DNA of 64,000 nucleotides from Acidobacteriota bacterium (GTDB lineage Bacteria > Acidobacteriota > Blastocatellia > Pyrinomonadales > Pyrinomonadaceae). How positions within the stretch are numbered: position 1 is the first letter of the stretch; each line of letters starts with the position of its first letter. Positions 41,153 through 50,301 of this stretch are shown here, one piece after another. The stretch is from contig JAHBSI010000006.1 of NCBI GenBank assembly GCA_019639195.1, positions 2,754-66,753 on the forward strand, in the 5' to 3' direction. The translations under genes and the position numbers were made by a program. The notes beneath the pieces were generated by a model, which saw only the letters and a list, made by a program, of their open reading frames with translations, had not been told where the DNA came from and ran no database searches.

Positions 41153-42067
41153 ATGAGCGAATCTGCTAGTCTTCCGATGAATTTCGGCGGTATTGAGGAC
41201 GAAGAATACTCGAGTCTCGATACCGCTGAGATCGTTGTATGGCCCGTCGCTTACGAAGGGACCGTGTCATACGGCTCGGGAACCGAAGCCGGCGCAATGG
41301 CGATCATTGATGCCTCGCGCAACATGGAACTATACGAGGAGGAGACGGATTCGGAGGTCTACAAACTCGGGATCCATACCCTTCCGGAGTTCACTCCGCG
41401 GACGACTCCGGCTCAGATGATGAGTGATCTTTACGCCGAGACACAGCGTCTGCTGAACCTCGATAAATTCGTATGCATGCTTGGCGGCGAACATTCTGTC
41501 TCGGCACCTGTAATTCGCGCACACGCGGAGAAGTTCGATGATCTGAGCGTTCTGCAGATAGATGCCCACGCCGATCTTCGCGATAGCTACGACGGAACGG
41601 AACATTCGCACGCCTCGATAATGGCGCGTGTTGTTAAGGACCTGAAGATCCCCGCAGTTCAGGTTGGTATCCGTTCGATCTCTGCCGAAGAAGCGATCTC
41701 GCTTAAAGACGGCCTTCCCACCAGGATCTTCTGGGCACGCGATATTGTCGGGCGTACTGATTGGATCGACGATGCGGTCGATTCCCTAAGCGACAACGTA
41801 TATCTGACGATAGACATCGACGGGCTCGATCCGAGCATCGTACCAACCACTGGAACACCGGAACCCGGCGGATTGGGATGGTATGAAACTTTGGCTCTTA
41901 TCCGTAAGCTTGCTGAGAAGAAACGAGTTATCGGAATGGACCTTGTCGAATATTCATTCGTACCCGGACAGGATTCAGTGGCATTCCTTTGTGCGAAGCT
42001 TGTCTATAAATCTCTCGCGTACTTCTTTGAGGAGCAAAGCCCGAAAGTGGGCCTTGCCGAAATGTAG
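41153..42067 (+). CDS. speB: agmatinase (ureohydrolase family)
   Basis: Arginase-fold Mn ligand motifs GGEHS, DAHADLRD and DIDGLDPS. Confidence 0.9.
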   Translation: MSESASLPMNFGGIEDEEYSSLDTAEIVVWPVAYEGTVSYGSGTEAGAMAIIDASRNMELYEEETDSEVYKLGIHTLPEFTPRTTPAQMMSDLYAETQRLLNLDKFVCMLGGEHSVSAPVIRAHAEKFDDLSVLQIDAHADLRDSYDGTEHSHASIMARVVKDLKIPAVQVGIRSISAEEAISLKDGLPTRIFWARDIVGRTDWIDDAVDSLSDNVYLTIDIDGLDPSIVPTTGTPEPGGLGWYETLALIRKLAEKKRVIGMDLVEYSFVPGQDSVAFLCAKLVYKSLAYFFEEQSPKVGLAEM

Positions 42068-42114
42068 TTGTTTGATACCGACGTAAATACCCTCGAACCG
42101 ACTTCCCTATTTCG

Positions 42115-42140
42115 GGAACCTCGATCCGTCATTCTTCGTC
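42115..42140 (+). promoter_or_regulatory. candidate ECF (sigma-E-type) promoter upstream of htrA
   Basis: GGAAC (42115-42119), a 17-nt spacer, then CGTC (42137-42140). It lies about 30 nt upstream of the htrA ATG, and GGAGAG is in RBS position. Confidence 0.3.
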
Positions 42141-42171
42141 ATACTTATCGTGTTTTTGGAGAGTAGATCAT

Positions 42172-43656
42172 ATGCGTAGTGGAAAAGTTATCTTAACAGG
42201 CATCATTGCGGCCGCAGGCCTCAGTCTTTCTTGTGCCGGCGGACTTCTGCCGGGCACGGAAGCAGCGCCGCCAAGTGCGAACAACGCTCCGGCGCCGGCA
42301 CCGGTCGTGGTTAACGGTGTTCGCACTTCGTATGCGGATGTTGTTGAAAAAGCATCACCTGCCGTTGTTCAGATCCGGATGGAACGCAAACAGGCCGCCG
42401 ACACAGGCCCAATGCAAATGCCGTTCGGCGATGACTTCTTTCGGCAGTTCGGCCAGCCAATGCCCAATCGCGGCCCTCGCATCGAACGCGGTGCCGGCTC
42501 GGGAGTGATCGTGAGTGCAAACGGAACGATCCTGACTAACAATCATGTAGTCGATGGCGCCGAAAAGATCACGGTATTTACCAGTGACAACAAGAGCTAC
42601 GAAGCGAAAGTGATCGGGACTGACGCCCCGAGCGACCTCGCGGTCATAAAGATCGAAGCCGACAACCTGCCCTTTTTGACCCTCGGCAATTCTGATGAAG
42701 TTCGAGTGGGCGACATTGTTCTTGCGATCGGCAACCCGCTGGATATAGGCGAGACGGTCACCGCCGGAATTATTTCGGCTAAGGGCCGGCGTACCGGGTT
42801 GAGCGATGGCAGTTTTGAAGATTTCCTCCAGACCGATGCTCCGATCAATCGCGGCAACTCGGGCGGCGCCCTCGTGAACCTGAACGGCGAGCTGATCGGC
42901 ATCAACTCGCAGATTCTTTCGCCGGGCGGTTCGATGGGCGGCAACATCGGTATCGGTTTCTCGATCCCGTCGAATATGGCGAAAAGCGTGATGGAACAGC
43001 TCCTGAAGGACGGGAAAGTTCATCGCGGAATGCTTGGCATCACCATCCAGAACATCACGGATGACACGGCAAAGGCCCTTGAACTCGGCACTACTGAAGG
43101 CGTGCTCATTAGCGGTGTTAAGTCCGGAAGTGCCGCGGACAAAGCAGGACTGAAACGCGGCGACGTCGTGACGGCGATCAACGGCGAGAAGATCGAGGAC
43201 ACGAATGCACTTCGAAACAAAGTCGCCAGCGCACAACCCGGAACGTCGATAAAATTGACGATCAATCGCGGCGGTTCGTCTATGGATGTGGATGCGACTT
43301 TGGATGAATTTGAAGGCCCGGCCTCAGACAAGAACAATCCAAATACTCCCGGTGACGCACCGGCCAACGAGGACTCTGGTAAGCTGGGTGTCGTTCTTTC
43401 ACCGATCACGCCGCAGATACAGAAGCAGCTTGGATTGGATTCAACAGAAGGCCTGGTAGTGACGGATGTTGACCCGAGCGGCCCTGCAGCTTCTGCCGGT
43501 ATTAGCCGCGGCGATGTGATACTTGAGGTCAATCGAAAACCGATCACATCGGCATCAGACGTCAAGAATGCCCTTGCCGATTCGAAGGATAAACCGGTAC
43601 TGCTGCTGGTTTCGCGTCGAGGCCAGACGATATATCTGACCGTACGCGCCCAATAG
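42172..43656 (+). CDS. htrA: periplasmic serine endoprotease DegP/HtrA (Do family, two PDZ domains)
   Basis: Signal/lipoprotein-like N-terminus. Catalytic triad contexts TNNHVV, DLAVIK and GNSGGAL. Two PDZ-like repeats. Confidence 0.9.
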   Translation: MRSGKVILTGIIAAAGLSLSCAGGLLPGTEAAPPSANNAPAPAPVVVNGVRTSYADVVEKASPAVVQIRMERKQAADTGPMQMPFGDDFFRQFGQPMPNRGPRIERGAGSGVIVSANGTILTNNHVVDGAEKITVFTSDNKSYEAKVIGTDAPSDLAVIKIEADNLPFLTLGNSDEVRVGDIVLAIGNPLDIGETVTAGIISAKGRRTGLSDGSFEDFLQTDAPINRGNSGGALVNLNGELIGINSQILSPGGSMGGNIGIGFSIPSNMAKSVMEQLLKDGKVHRGMLGITIQNITDDTAKALELGTTEGVLISGVKSGSAADKAGLKRGDVVTAINGEKIEDTNALRNKVASAQPGTSIKLTINRGGSSMDVDATLDEFEGPASDKNNPNTPGDAPANEDSGKLGVVLSPITPQIQKQLGLDSTEGLVVTDVDPSGPAASAGISRGDVILEVNRKPITSASDVKNALADSKDKPVLLLVSRRGQTIYLTVRAQ

Positions 43657-43673
43657 CAGCGGTTGAAGTTTAT

Positions 43674-43701
43674 TCGGCGGGAGATCAAACTCCCGCCGAA
43701 C
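43674..43701. terminator. strong hairpin between convergent htrA and the sugar-kinase gene
   Basis: Perfect 11-bp stem TTCGGCGGGAG / CTCCCGCCGAA with a 6-nt loop. There is no clear U-tract on either side. Confidence 0.5.
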
Positions 43702-43714
43702 TCTCCCCCTCAGA

Positions 43715-44656
43715 TCAAGCCGCAAGGTCGATCCTGACCTCCCTCATCAACTTTTCAACATCGGACCTCGCGATCTGCCCGGGCAGGGCCGCGAGGCAGT
43801 TTGCCGCGCCGCATGCAGTTGCGATGCGAATGCTCGCGGCTGTATCCCAGCCGCGCTGTATCCCGACCGCAAAACCCGCAACTGTCGCGTCCCCGCATCC
43901 AACGGTAGATACAACTTCGACCTTGGGAGGCCGTGCAAAGAATGGCTGCGAGCGACGGTCACAATAAAGGAGTCCGGCTGAGCCGAGCGAAAGAACGATC
44001 GCTTTTGCTCCGCGATCGAGTAAAGTTCGAGCAGCCTTCACTGCGTCCTCATCACTCCTAATAGCGAAGCCGACCGCATTCTCGGCCTCGGTACGATTCG
44101 GTTTGATAAGGTCGGGGCCGGCCGTGACGGCCGCATTGAAGGCCTCACCACTCGCATCGACGATAACCTTCGCTCCTGTCTTTCTTGCTGCCGCAGAGAG
44201 TTCAGCAAACTCATCAGCCGGCATCCCGGGCGGCAGACTGCCCGAGAGCACGACGACCGGATCCGTGCCCGCCTCTTCAAAGACCTTTTGGCAGGTCGAG
44301 CGAAACTCCGCCAATTCTTCGGCAGTTACAACACCACCGGGTTCGAGGATCTCGGTGATCCAGCCACTGTTATCAATGATCTCGAGGTTTGAACGGGTTG
44401 TAGAAGCGGTTCGAACGGAGACGACCTTGATCCCAAGTTCGATGAGCTGTCGTTCGACCTCACCGCCGGTTTGCCCGCCGAGCAGACCGATCCACACAAC
44501 ATCTTCGCCAAGCACTTTTGCGGCCATTGCGACGTGAGCTGCCTTTCCGCCCGCGAACGCTTCCGCAGAATTGGCCCGATTAACCTCACCCACGAGAACT
44601 TCGTCGATGCGTAGGCGTTTGTCTATCGCCGGATTTGCCGAGACACAAATGATCAT
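43715..44656 (-). CDS. 1-phosphofructokinase / tagatose-6-phosphate kinase family (PfkB, FruK/LacC type)
   Basis: MIICVSANPAIDK N-terminus typical of the FruK/LacC subfamily. PfkB C-terminal signature GCGDATVAGF. Confidence 0.8.
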   Translation of the reverse strand: MIICVSANPAIDKRLRIDEVLVGEVNRANSAEAFAGGKAAHVAMAAKVLGEDVVWIGLLGGQTGGEVERQLIELGIKVVSVRTASTTRSNLEIIDNSGWITEILEPGGVVTAEELAEFRSTCQKVFEEAGTDPVVVLSGSLPPGMPADEFAELSAAARKTGAKVIVDASGEAFNAAVTAGPDLIKPNRTEAENAVGFAIRSDEDAVKAARTLLDRGAKAIVLSLGSAGLLYCDRRSQPFFARPPKVEVVSTVGCGDATVAGFAVGIQRGWDTAASIRIATACGAANCLAALPGQIARSDVEKLMREVRIDLAA

Positions 44657-45411
44657 TGATCGAGAGCCCTCCGAAGAGCTGCGATCTTCTCGGTACTGGT
44701 CAACTTAATCGAGTATTCGGCAGGATCGTCTGCGCCGCCCATATAGACGGGTTCGTTTCGAAACTGCATCTCGCTCTCCTTGGTAACGAATCCCGTCGAA
44801 TGTATCTCGTGGACGCCGGTCCCCTCAACGATTGAACGAACGTTCGCTTCTCTGATCTCGCCGCAAGCCATGATAGTGATCCGATCGGCCGCGCGTTCGA
44901 CAAGCTGTCGAATGAGATCAGCTCCTTTGTCGGCGGTCGCCTCCTGTCCGGAGGTTAGAATTCTGTCGACACCAAGGTCAGCCAGCGTATCCAATGCTTC
45001 AAAAGGGTCGCGCGTCATATCGAAGGCTCGGTGAAAAGTGACCGTCATCGGGCGAGAAAGCTCAACAAGTTCGCTTGTTCGCTCACGGTCAATTGTCCCG
45101 TCCGCAAGCAATATCCCGATCACGACGCCGTCTGCTCCAAGCTCTTTGGCCGTCTTAATATCGCGCTTCATCACGTCAAATTCAGTTGCAGAATACAGAA
45201 AATCACCGCCTCGAGGACGAATGATAACGTGGAGCTTTATGTCGAGCATCTCACGTGCGACAGCTATCGCCCCGGCGCTCGGCGTTGTGCCGCCTTCGAC
45301 GAGATTGTCACAGAGTTCGACTCGATCGGCACCGCCCTTTTGGGCCGCAAACGCGGACTCGACCGAATCGACACATATTTCGAGCACGAGTTTTCCCTTT
45401 CCTTCGGTCAT
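44653..45411 (-). CDS. cutC: CutC-family TIM-barrel protein
   Basis: Full-length CutC pattern (LEICVDSVESA..GGADRVELC, IRPRGGDF, TFHRAFD). Confidence 0.9.
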   Translation of the reverse strand: MTEGKGKLVLEICVDSVESAFAAQKGGADRVELCDNLVEGGTTPSAGAIAVAREMLDIKLHVIIRPRGGDFLYSATEFDVMKRDIKTAKELGADGVVIGILLADGTIDRERTSELVELSRPMTVTFHRAFDMTRDPFEALDTLADLGVDRILTSGQEATADKGADLIRQLVERAADRITIMACGEIREANVRSIVEGTGVHEIHSTGFVTKESEMQFRNEPVYMGGADDPAEYSIKLTSTEKIAALRRALDQ

Positions 45412-45418
45412 ATTAGCT

Positions 45419-46468
45419 TTACGGTTCCAACAATTTGAGCGCGTTTTGCCTGTAAACTCTTTTCAGCACATCGTCCGGCAGATCGATTCCGTAGATCTGC
45501 CACCTGCCCTGACGGGACGCGTGCGACGGATAGTCAAAATACTCGTCCCGAGTCTCCAGAAAACGAAAATGCAGCCGATACATCTCGACATCAGGGACCA
45601 GATCTGTTCCAAACAGAATGCGATCTGCGTATTTCAAGAAAAAGTCCCGCGACGTGTATGGCTGACGGCCAAGCTCCGCTGTTCGCGCTCCTATATCGAC
45701 GAAAAGGTTCGGGTTCGCATCGAGCAGACCTGCAACGTAAGCGAGATCTTCGGACCGTTCGGCAAGATGTGCACAAACGAACGTCGTCTTAGGATGACGC
45801 ATGAAAATTGAGTCACGCTGTTCGAGCAACTCATCCTTCGAGAAGTGCGATCCATAAAAGCCCCAATCGGGATGTGCCGCCAACTCCTCATAACGCTCAT
45901 TAACGCGATCGATCGGGAGGAAAAATGCGTCCGGATCGGCAATGTGAAACATCACGGGCATCTGTATCTCGCCGGCTTTCTCGAAGAACGGAACGAGACG
46001 CTCATCGTCCACTCTAAGCATTTCACCGCTTACGTCCTTTAGCTTCAATCCGAGATCTTTCCAGATCTTGATGCCGCAAAATCCGGCGTCCTTACACCGC
46101 TCGAGACGCTCAACGCAACGATCCCAGAAGGCTGGCTCGTGCAGATCGCTCCAGTCAAACCAGGCGATCGTATCAAACCGATCCGGTGCCGCCTCCTTGA
46201 ACTTTCGATGCATCTGGAGCGCAGCATCACCGGTCTGCATCGTGATATTTACGATGCGTTCGATGTTGCAGGCATCCAGGATCTTGAGAACTGCGGATGG
46301 TTCCTGGGCATCGAGATGATTGTGATAGTCGATCGAGGGGAACTTCGAGCCGGGGACATCAGTTGCGGGGACACAAAGCCCATGTTTCGGGGCAAAATCC
46401 GAGAGCGGCAGCTCAACGCGTGCCGACGCTGTCACCATCTCGATGAACTTGTCCTTATTTTCCTGCAT
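45419..46468 (-). CDS. amidohydrolase-2 family metal-dependent hydrolase (TIM barrel)
   Basis: N-terminal HxH metal motif (IDYHNHLD) and later His/Asp positions typical of the PF04909-type fold. Substrate unknown. Confidence 0.75.
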   Translation of the reverse strand: MQENKDKFIEMVTASARVELPLSDFAPKHGLCVPATDVPGSKFPSIDYHNHLDAQEPSAVLKILDACNIERIVNITMQTGDAALQMHRKFKEAAPDRFDTIAWFDWSDLHEPAFWDRCVERLERCKDAGFCGIKIWKDLGLKLKDVSGEMLRVDDERLVPFFEKAGEIQMPVMFHIADPDAFFLPIDRVNERYEELAAHPDWGFYGSHFSKDELLEQRDSIFMRHPKTTFVCAHLAERSEDLAYVAGLLDANPNLFVDIGARTAELGRQPYTSRDFFLKYADRILFGTDLVPDVEMYRLHFRFLETRDEYFDYPSHASRQGRWQIYGIDLPDDVLKRVYRQNALKLLEP

Positions 46469-48299
46469 TCAACGGTTCATCCATCGCGCCGCTGGACTTA
46501 GCGGCCCAAAGTCTTTTGACGACCATCAAAAGAACGAGGCTGCTGACGACAAAGACAACTGAGAGGCCTATGCCATATTCGATCCGGCCATAGAGGAAGT
46601 TCCCAAGCGTGAACAGTGCCGACCACGTCATCGCGCATCCGGAGACCCATCCAAGCAGCGCCATCGGGATATTGTCGCCGTGCTCTTTTGCCGTCTCTTT
46701 CGAAACACCGGCCTCCTTGCGGATCACCTCCCAACCCGGACCCGCCGGATGAACCTTTTTGTAGAAGTCGATCAGGGTATGCCGGTCCGTCTGAGGTGCA
46801 AGGTAAGCTGCGATCAGCCAGCACACTGTCGTTATGGCCACCGTGAGGATCAATTTAGGTGCTGATTCCATCGTTAGAATGCCTTCCTTGCCGAGCACAA
46901 TGAAGCCGACCGAAACGACAAATGAGCTGATCATTGCGACGACTTCGCACCAGGCGTTTATTCGCCACCAATACCACCGAAGCAGATACAACAAGCCGGT
47001 TCCCGCTCCGACCTGCAGAATGATATCGAACGCATCTTTTGCCGAATCGAGCACGAAAACGACCCCCGATGAGACGAAGAAGAGCATTATCGTCGCTACT
47101 CGGCCCATTGCAACGTAGTGCTTCTCGGTGCCGTCTTTCTTGATGAATCGGCGATAAAAGTCGTGCACGAGATACGACGCTCCCCAATTCAGGTGCGTCA
47201 GGATAGTGGAGGAGTTCGCCGCCACGAGTCCGCCAACCATAAGGCCGACAAACCCAATAGGCAAAAACTTCAACATCGCCGGGAACGCAATATCATGATT
47301 GATCAGCCCGGGATCGAGGTTCGGATACGCCGCCTGAATATCAGAAAGCTGCGGATAGACGATCAGCGAGCAAAGCCCTACGAGGATCCACGGCCAAGGC
47401 CGCAGCACATAGTGCGCAAGATTGAAAAAGAGTACGGCTCCGAGTGAATCTTTTTCGGACTTTGACGCCAACATTCTTTGCGCGATGTAGCTGCCGCCGC
47501 CGGGTTCTGCTCCCGGGTACCAAACCGCCCACCATTGTACGGCGATCGGCATGATAAAGACGGCGACCGCAATCTCCCAGTTATTACTGAAGTTCGGCAG
47601 GATGTCTAGATAATTGATGCCGCCGGGGCCCTTCATTGCGGACACTTTTTCAACCATACCGCTCAGTCCGCCGACCTGAGGCAGCGTAAGAGCGAAATAT
47701 GCGGCGGCTATCACGGCAGTCATCTTGATGAAGAACTGGATCATATCGATCACAAGCACGCCCCATAGTCCGGAGTGAGCCGCAAAGGCGACGTTCAAAA
47801 GACCGACCACCAGAAGCGTTTGCCAGGGATCGAGGCCGAAGAGGACAGCAGCGATCTTGCAGGCAGCAAGATTCACCGTCGCCATGATCAAGCAGTTAAA
47901 AAGGAACCCTAAATAGACGGCTCGAAATCCACGAACTGCAGCGGCAGCAGTTCCTGAATAGCGGATCTCATAGAATTCAAGATCGGTCAAGACGCCCGAC
48001 CGTCTCCAGAGACGTGCGTAGAAAAAGACCGTTGCGATCCCCGTAAGAACGAACGCCCACCAGACCCAGTTCCCGGCAACGCCGTTTCGACGAACGATGT
48101 CGGTGACCAGATTTGGCGTATCGCTGCTAAAGGTCGTTGCCACCATCGAAAGGCCGGCAAGCCACCAAGGCACGGATCGACCGGAGGCAAAGAACTCCGA
48201 CGTGTTCTTCGATGACCGTTTGCTCACGAACAGTGCCGGAACAAAACAAATGGCGACCGCCACGATCGCAATGATCCAGTCAATGAGGGTTACTTTCAC
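46455..48299 (-). CDS. sodium:solute symporter (SSS) family transporter
   Basis: About 14 TM segments with an SSS N-terminal pattern (FFASGRSVPWWLAGLSMVATTFSSDTP). GTG start. 14-nt overlap with the next gene. Confidence 0.85.
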   Translation of the reverse strand: MKVTLIDWIIAIVAVAICFVPALFVSKRSSKNTSEFFASGRSVPWWLAGLSMVATTFSSDTPNLVTDIVRRNGVAGNWVWWAFVLTGIATVFFYARLWRRSGVLTDLEFYEIRYSGTAAAAVRGFRAVYLGFLFNCLIMATVNLAACKIAAVLFGLDPWQTLLVVGLLNVAFAAHSGLWGVLVIDMIQFFIKMTAVIAAAYFALTLPQVGGLSGMVEKVSAMKGPGGINYLDILPNFSNNWEIAVAVFIMPIAVQWWAVWYPGAEPGGGSYIAQRMLASKSEKDSLGAVLFFNLAHYVLRPWPWILVGLCSLIVYPQLSDIQAAYPNLDPGLINHDIAFPAMLKFLPIGFVGLMVGGLVAANSSTILTHLNWGASYLVHDFYRRFIKKDGTEKHYVAMGRVATIMLFFVSSGVVFVLDSAKDAFDIILQVGAGTGLLYLLRWYWWRINAWCEVVAMISSFVVSVGFIVLGKEGILTMESAPKLILTVAITTVCWLIAAYLAPQTDRHTLIDFYKKVHPAGPGWEVIRKEAGVSKETAKEHGDNIPMALLGWVSGCAMTWSALFTLGNFLYGRIEYGIGLSVVFVVSSLVLLMVVKRLWAAKSSGAMDEPLNAGK

Positions 48300-48337
48300 T
48301 AGAAACTCTCCCGATATCTAATTTTTGTTAAAACCGT

Positions 48338-49198
48338 CTATGCGAGCTGACAAACCCTGATCTTTGCGGTTGAAACGGACCGCACTGCCTCGATTGCAGG
48401 AGCGAATGTTCTACGCAGGTCAATATCATCGCTCTTTAGGAGCGAATCTCTAACAGCGAGCGTAAACGCATTCTTGAGCTCCGTACCGAAATTGATCTTC
48501 GCGATACCGCTGCGGATCGCCTCCCTCATCAATTCATCGGGCACGCCGGAGCCGCCGTGAAGCACAAGTGCGGTTTCTCCGACCGCATCCCGGATCTCCC
48601 GCAACCGCGGAAGATCGAGCTTTACTTCGCCCTTATAAAAACCGTGTGCGGTTCCGATCGCAACAGCAAGCGCGTCAACGCCGGTTTGCTCAACGAACGT
48701 CCGGGCATCTTCCGGCCGTGTGAAGAAATCCGAGATATTCGCGTTGTCAGCATTCTGTGTCACGTGTCCGAGCTCGCCCTCGACCGAGACACGCGCTCGT
48801 TTGGCGATCTCGACAACCCGGAGTGTTAGAGCAGCATTCTCATCGAACGGCAATTTAGAGCCGTCGATCATGACGGAAGAGTAGCCTGCTTCAATGCACC
48901 GCTGTGCGAGCTCAAAACTTCCACCGTGATCAAGATGAAGCGCGACCGGATGCGTCATTTCGCGAGCGGCAGCACCGGCCATTGCGACGATCATCTCAAT
49001 TCCAAGATAGTTGATCGTTGATTCGGTCGTCTGCAGAATGATCGATGCGTTCCGTTCGCTTGCCGCATTGATATGGGCTCTCAGGGTCTCCGCATTGTAA
49101 AAGTTGAGAGCAGCTATCGCATGGCCGTTCTGTCGTGCCGTATCCAGCAGATCGCGGCTTTGGACGAGCAGTCTTCCTTTTCCTGCATCAAGTTTCAT
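48338..49198 (-). CDS. class II ketose-bisphosphate aldolase (tagatose/fructose-1,6-bisphosphate aldolase, KbaY/GatY-like)
   Basis: Class II aldolase pattern (ALNFYN, LHLDHG, VEGELG, LVLHGGSG). The internal Met at 49198 is used, because the ORF-track extension would overlap the upstream kinase. Confidence 0.85.
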   Translation of the reverse strand: MKLDAGKGRLLVQSRDLLDTARQNGHAIAALNFYNAETLRAHINAASERNASIILQTTESTINYLGIEMIVAMAGAAAREMTHPVALHLDHGGSFELAQRCIEAGYSSVMIDGSKLPFDENAALTLRVVEIAKRARVSVEGELGHVTQNADNANISDFFTRPEDARTFVEQTGVDALAVAIGTAHGFYKGEVKLDLPRLREIRDAVGETALVLHGGSGVPDELMREAIRSGIAKINFGTELKNAFTLAVRDSLLKSDDIDLRRTFAPAIEAVRSVSTAKIRVCQLA

Positions 49199-49214
49199 CT
49201 TGCAAAAACAAACA

Positions 49215-50156
49215 TCAGGCACGAAGCGAAGCGTACATAAGGAACCTTTCCAATTCCTCCGGATCGGGCTGGCCGTCAGTGCCGCCGGGTCTCGAAGCCG
49301 AGAAGGCCCCACAGGCGTTCCCGATCGTCAAACATTGGCGAAGATCGCCGCCTTCGAGGAATGCATGCACAAAGCCGGCCGCAAAGGAATCGCCTGCACC
49401 GGTCGAGTCAACAGCATCGATCTTGAATCCTTCCACGCGGACAGGTCGGCCATCACGAAAACCGATCGCGCCTTTCGCTCCAAGTTTTATAGCAACCGTC
49501 GGGCAAAGTTCGTTCAGTTGTCGGCCTGCATTCTCGATATCATCGGCTCCCGTGAGCAATCGTGCTTCGTCCTCGTTCAAAAAAAGGATGTCGATATGCC
49601 GACACACTTCCAGAACCTTTTCGTCACGACCAAGGGTCGGGTCAGAATTCGGATCAAAAGAGGTCGTTGCACCCGCCGCCCTCGCGGCCTCAAACAAATG
49701 CGAAAAATCCGGTTGAAGCGCTTTTTGCAGGTAATATGAGGTCAAATGAAGGTGTCTGTGGCCCGCGAATATATCAGCCGGTATTTCCGCGAGCGAGAGT
49801 TCTGCTATCGCACCTAGAAACGTCACCATCGCTCGATCTTGCGCGGTACTCACAACAACGGTCACGCCTGTCTTAGAGTCAACATCGATCTCGATCAGGT
49901 CGGTCGCGATATCGCGTTTAGCAAGCGAATCAAGACAAAAGTGGCCAAAATCATCGTTGCCTATCTTGCTTACGAAGGTAACGCTATGGCCGAGACGAGC
50001 CATCCCACAGGCAAATATCGCTGACGCACTGCCGAGAGCAACATTAAAATCGGTCGCCAAAACCTCCGTACCCAGGATCGGGCCGGTGGTCACCCCTGAC
50101 GCTATCAGGTCAACATTCAACTCTCCGATCACGACGATCTCATTTGGTTTCGCCAC
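49215..50156 (-). CDS. PfkB/ribokinase-family carbohydrate kinase
   Basis: N-terminal VIGELNVD and C-terminal PfkB signature DSTGAGDSFAAGF. GTG start 6 nt after GGGAGA. Confidence 0.85.
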   Translation of the reverse strand: MAKPNEIVVIGELNVDLIASGVTTGPILGTEVLATDFNVALGSASAIFACGMARLGHSVTFVSKIGNDDFGHFCLDSLAKRDIATDLIEIDVDSKTGVTVVVSTAQDRAMVTFLGAIAELSLAEIPADIFAGHRHLHLTSYYLQKALQPDFSHLFEAARAAGATTSFDPNSDPTLGRDEKVLEVCRHIDILFLNEDEARLLTGADDIENAGRQLNELCPTVAIKLGAKGAIGFRDGRPVRVEGFKIDAVDSTGAGDSFAAGFVHAFLEGGDLRQCLTIGNACGAFSASRPGGTDGQPDPEELERFLMYASLRA

Positions 50157-50301
50157 AAATGTCTCCCGTTCCGTGTTTTAGTTACTTTGCATTAACTTTC
50201 GGTGTTTTTTGAGAAGCGTAATATATTATAGAAACTTAGAAAGCGCAAGCAATTCTTCAAGGCAAAAAAGTAAGATCGCGGTTGAAAAAACTGTCAGTAC
50301 T

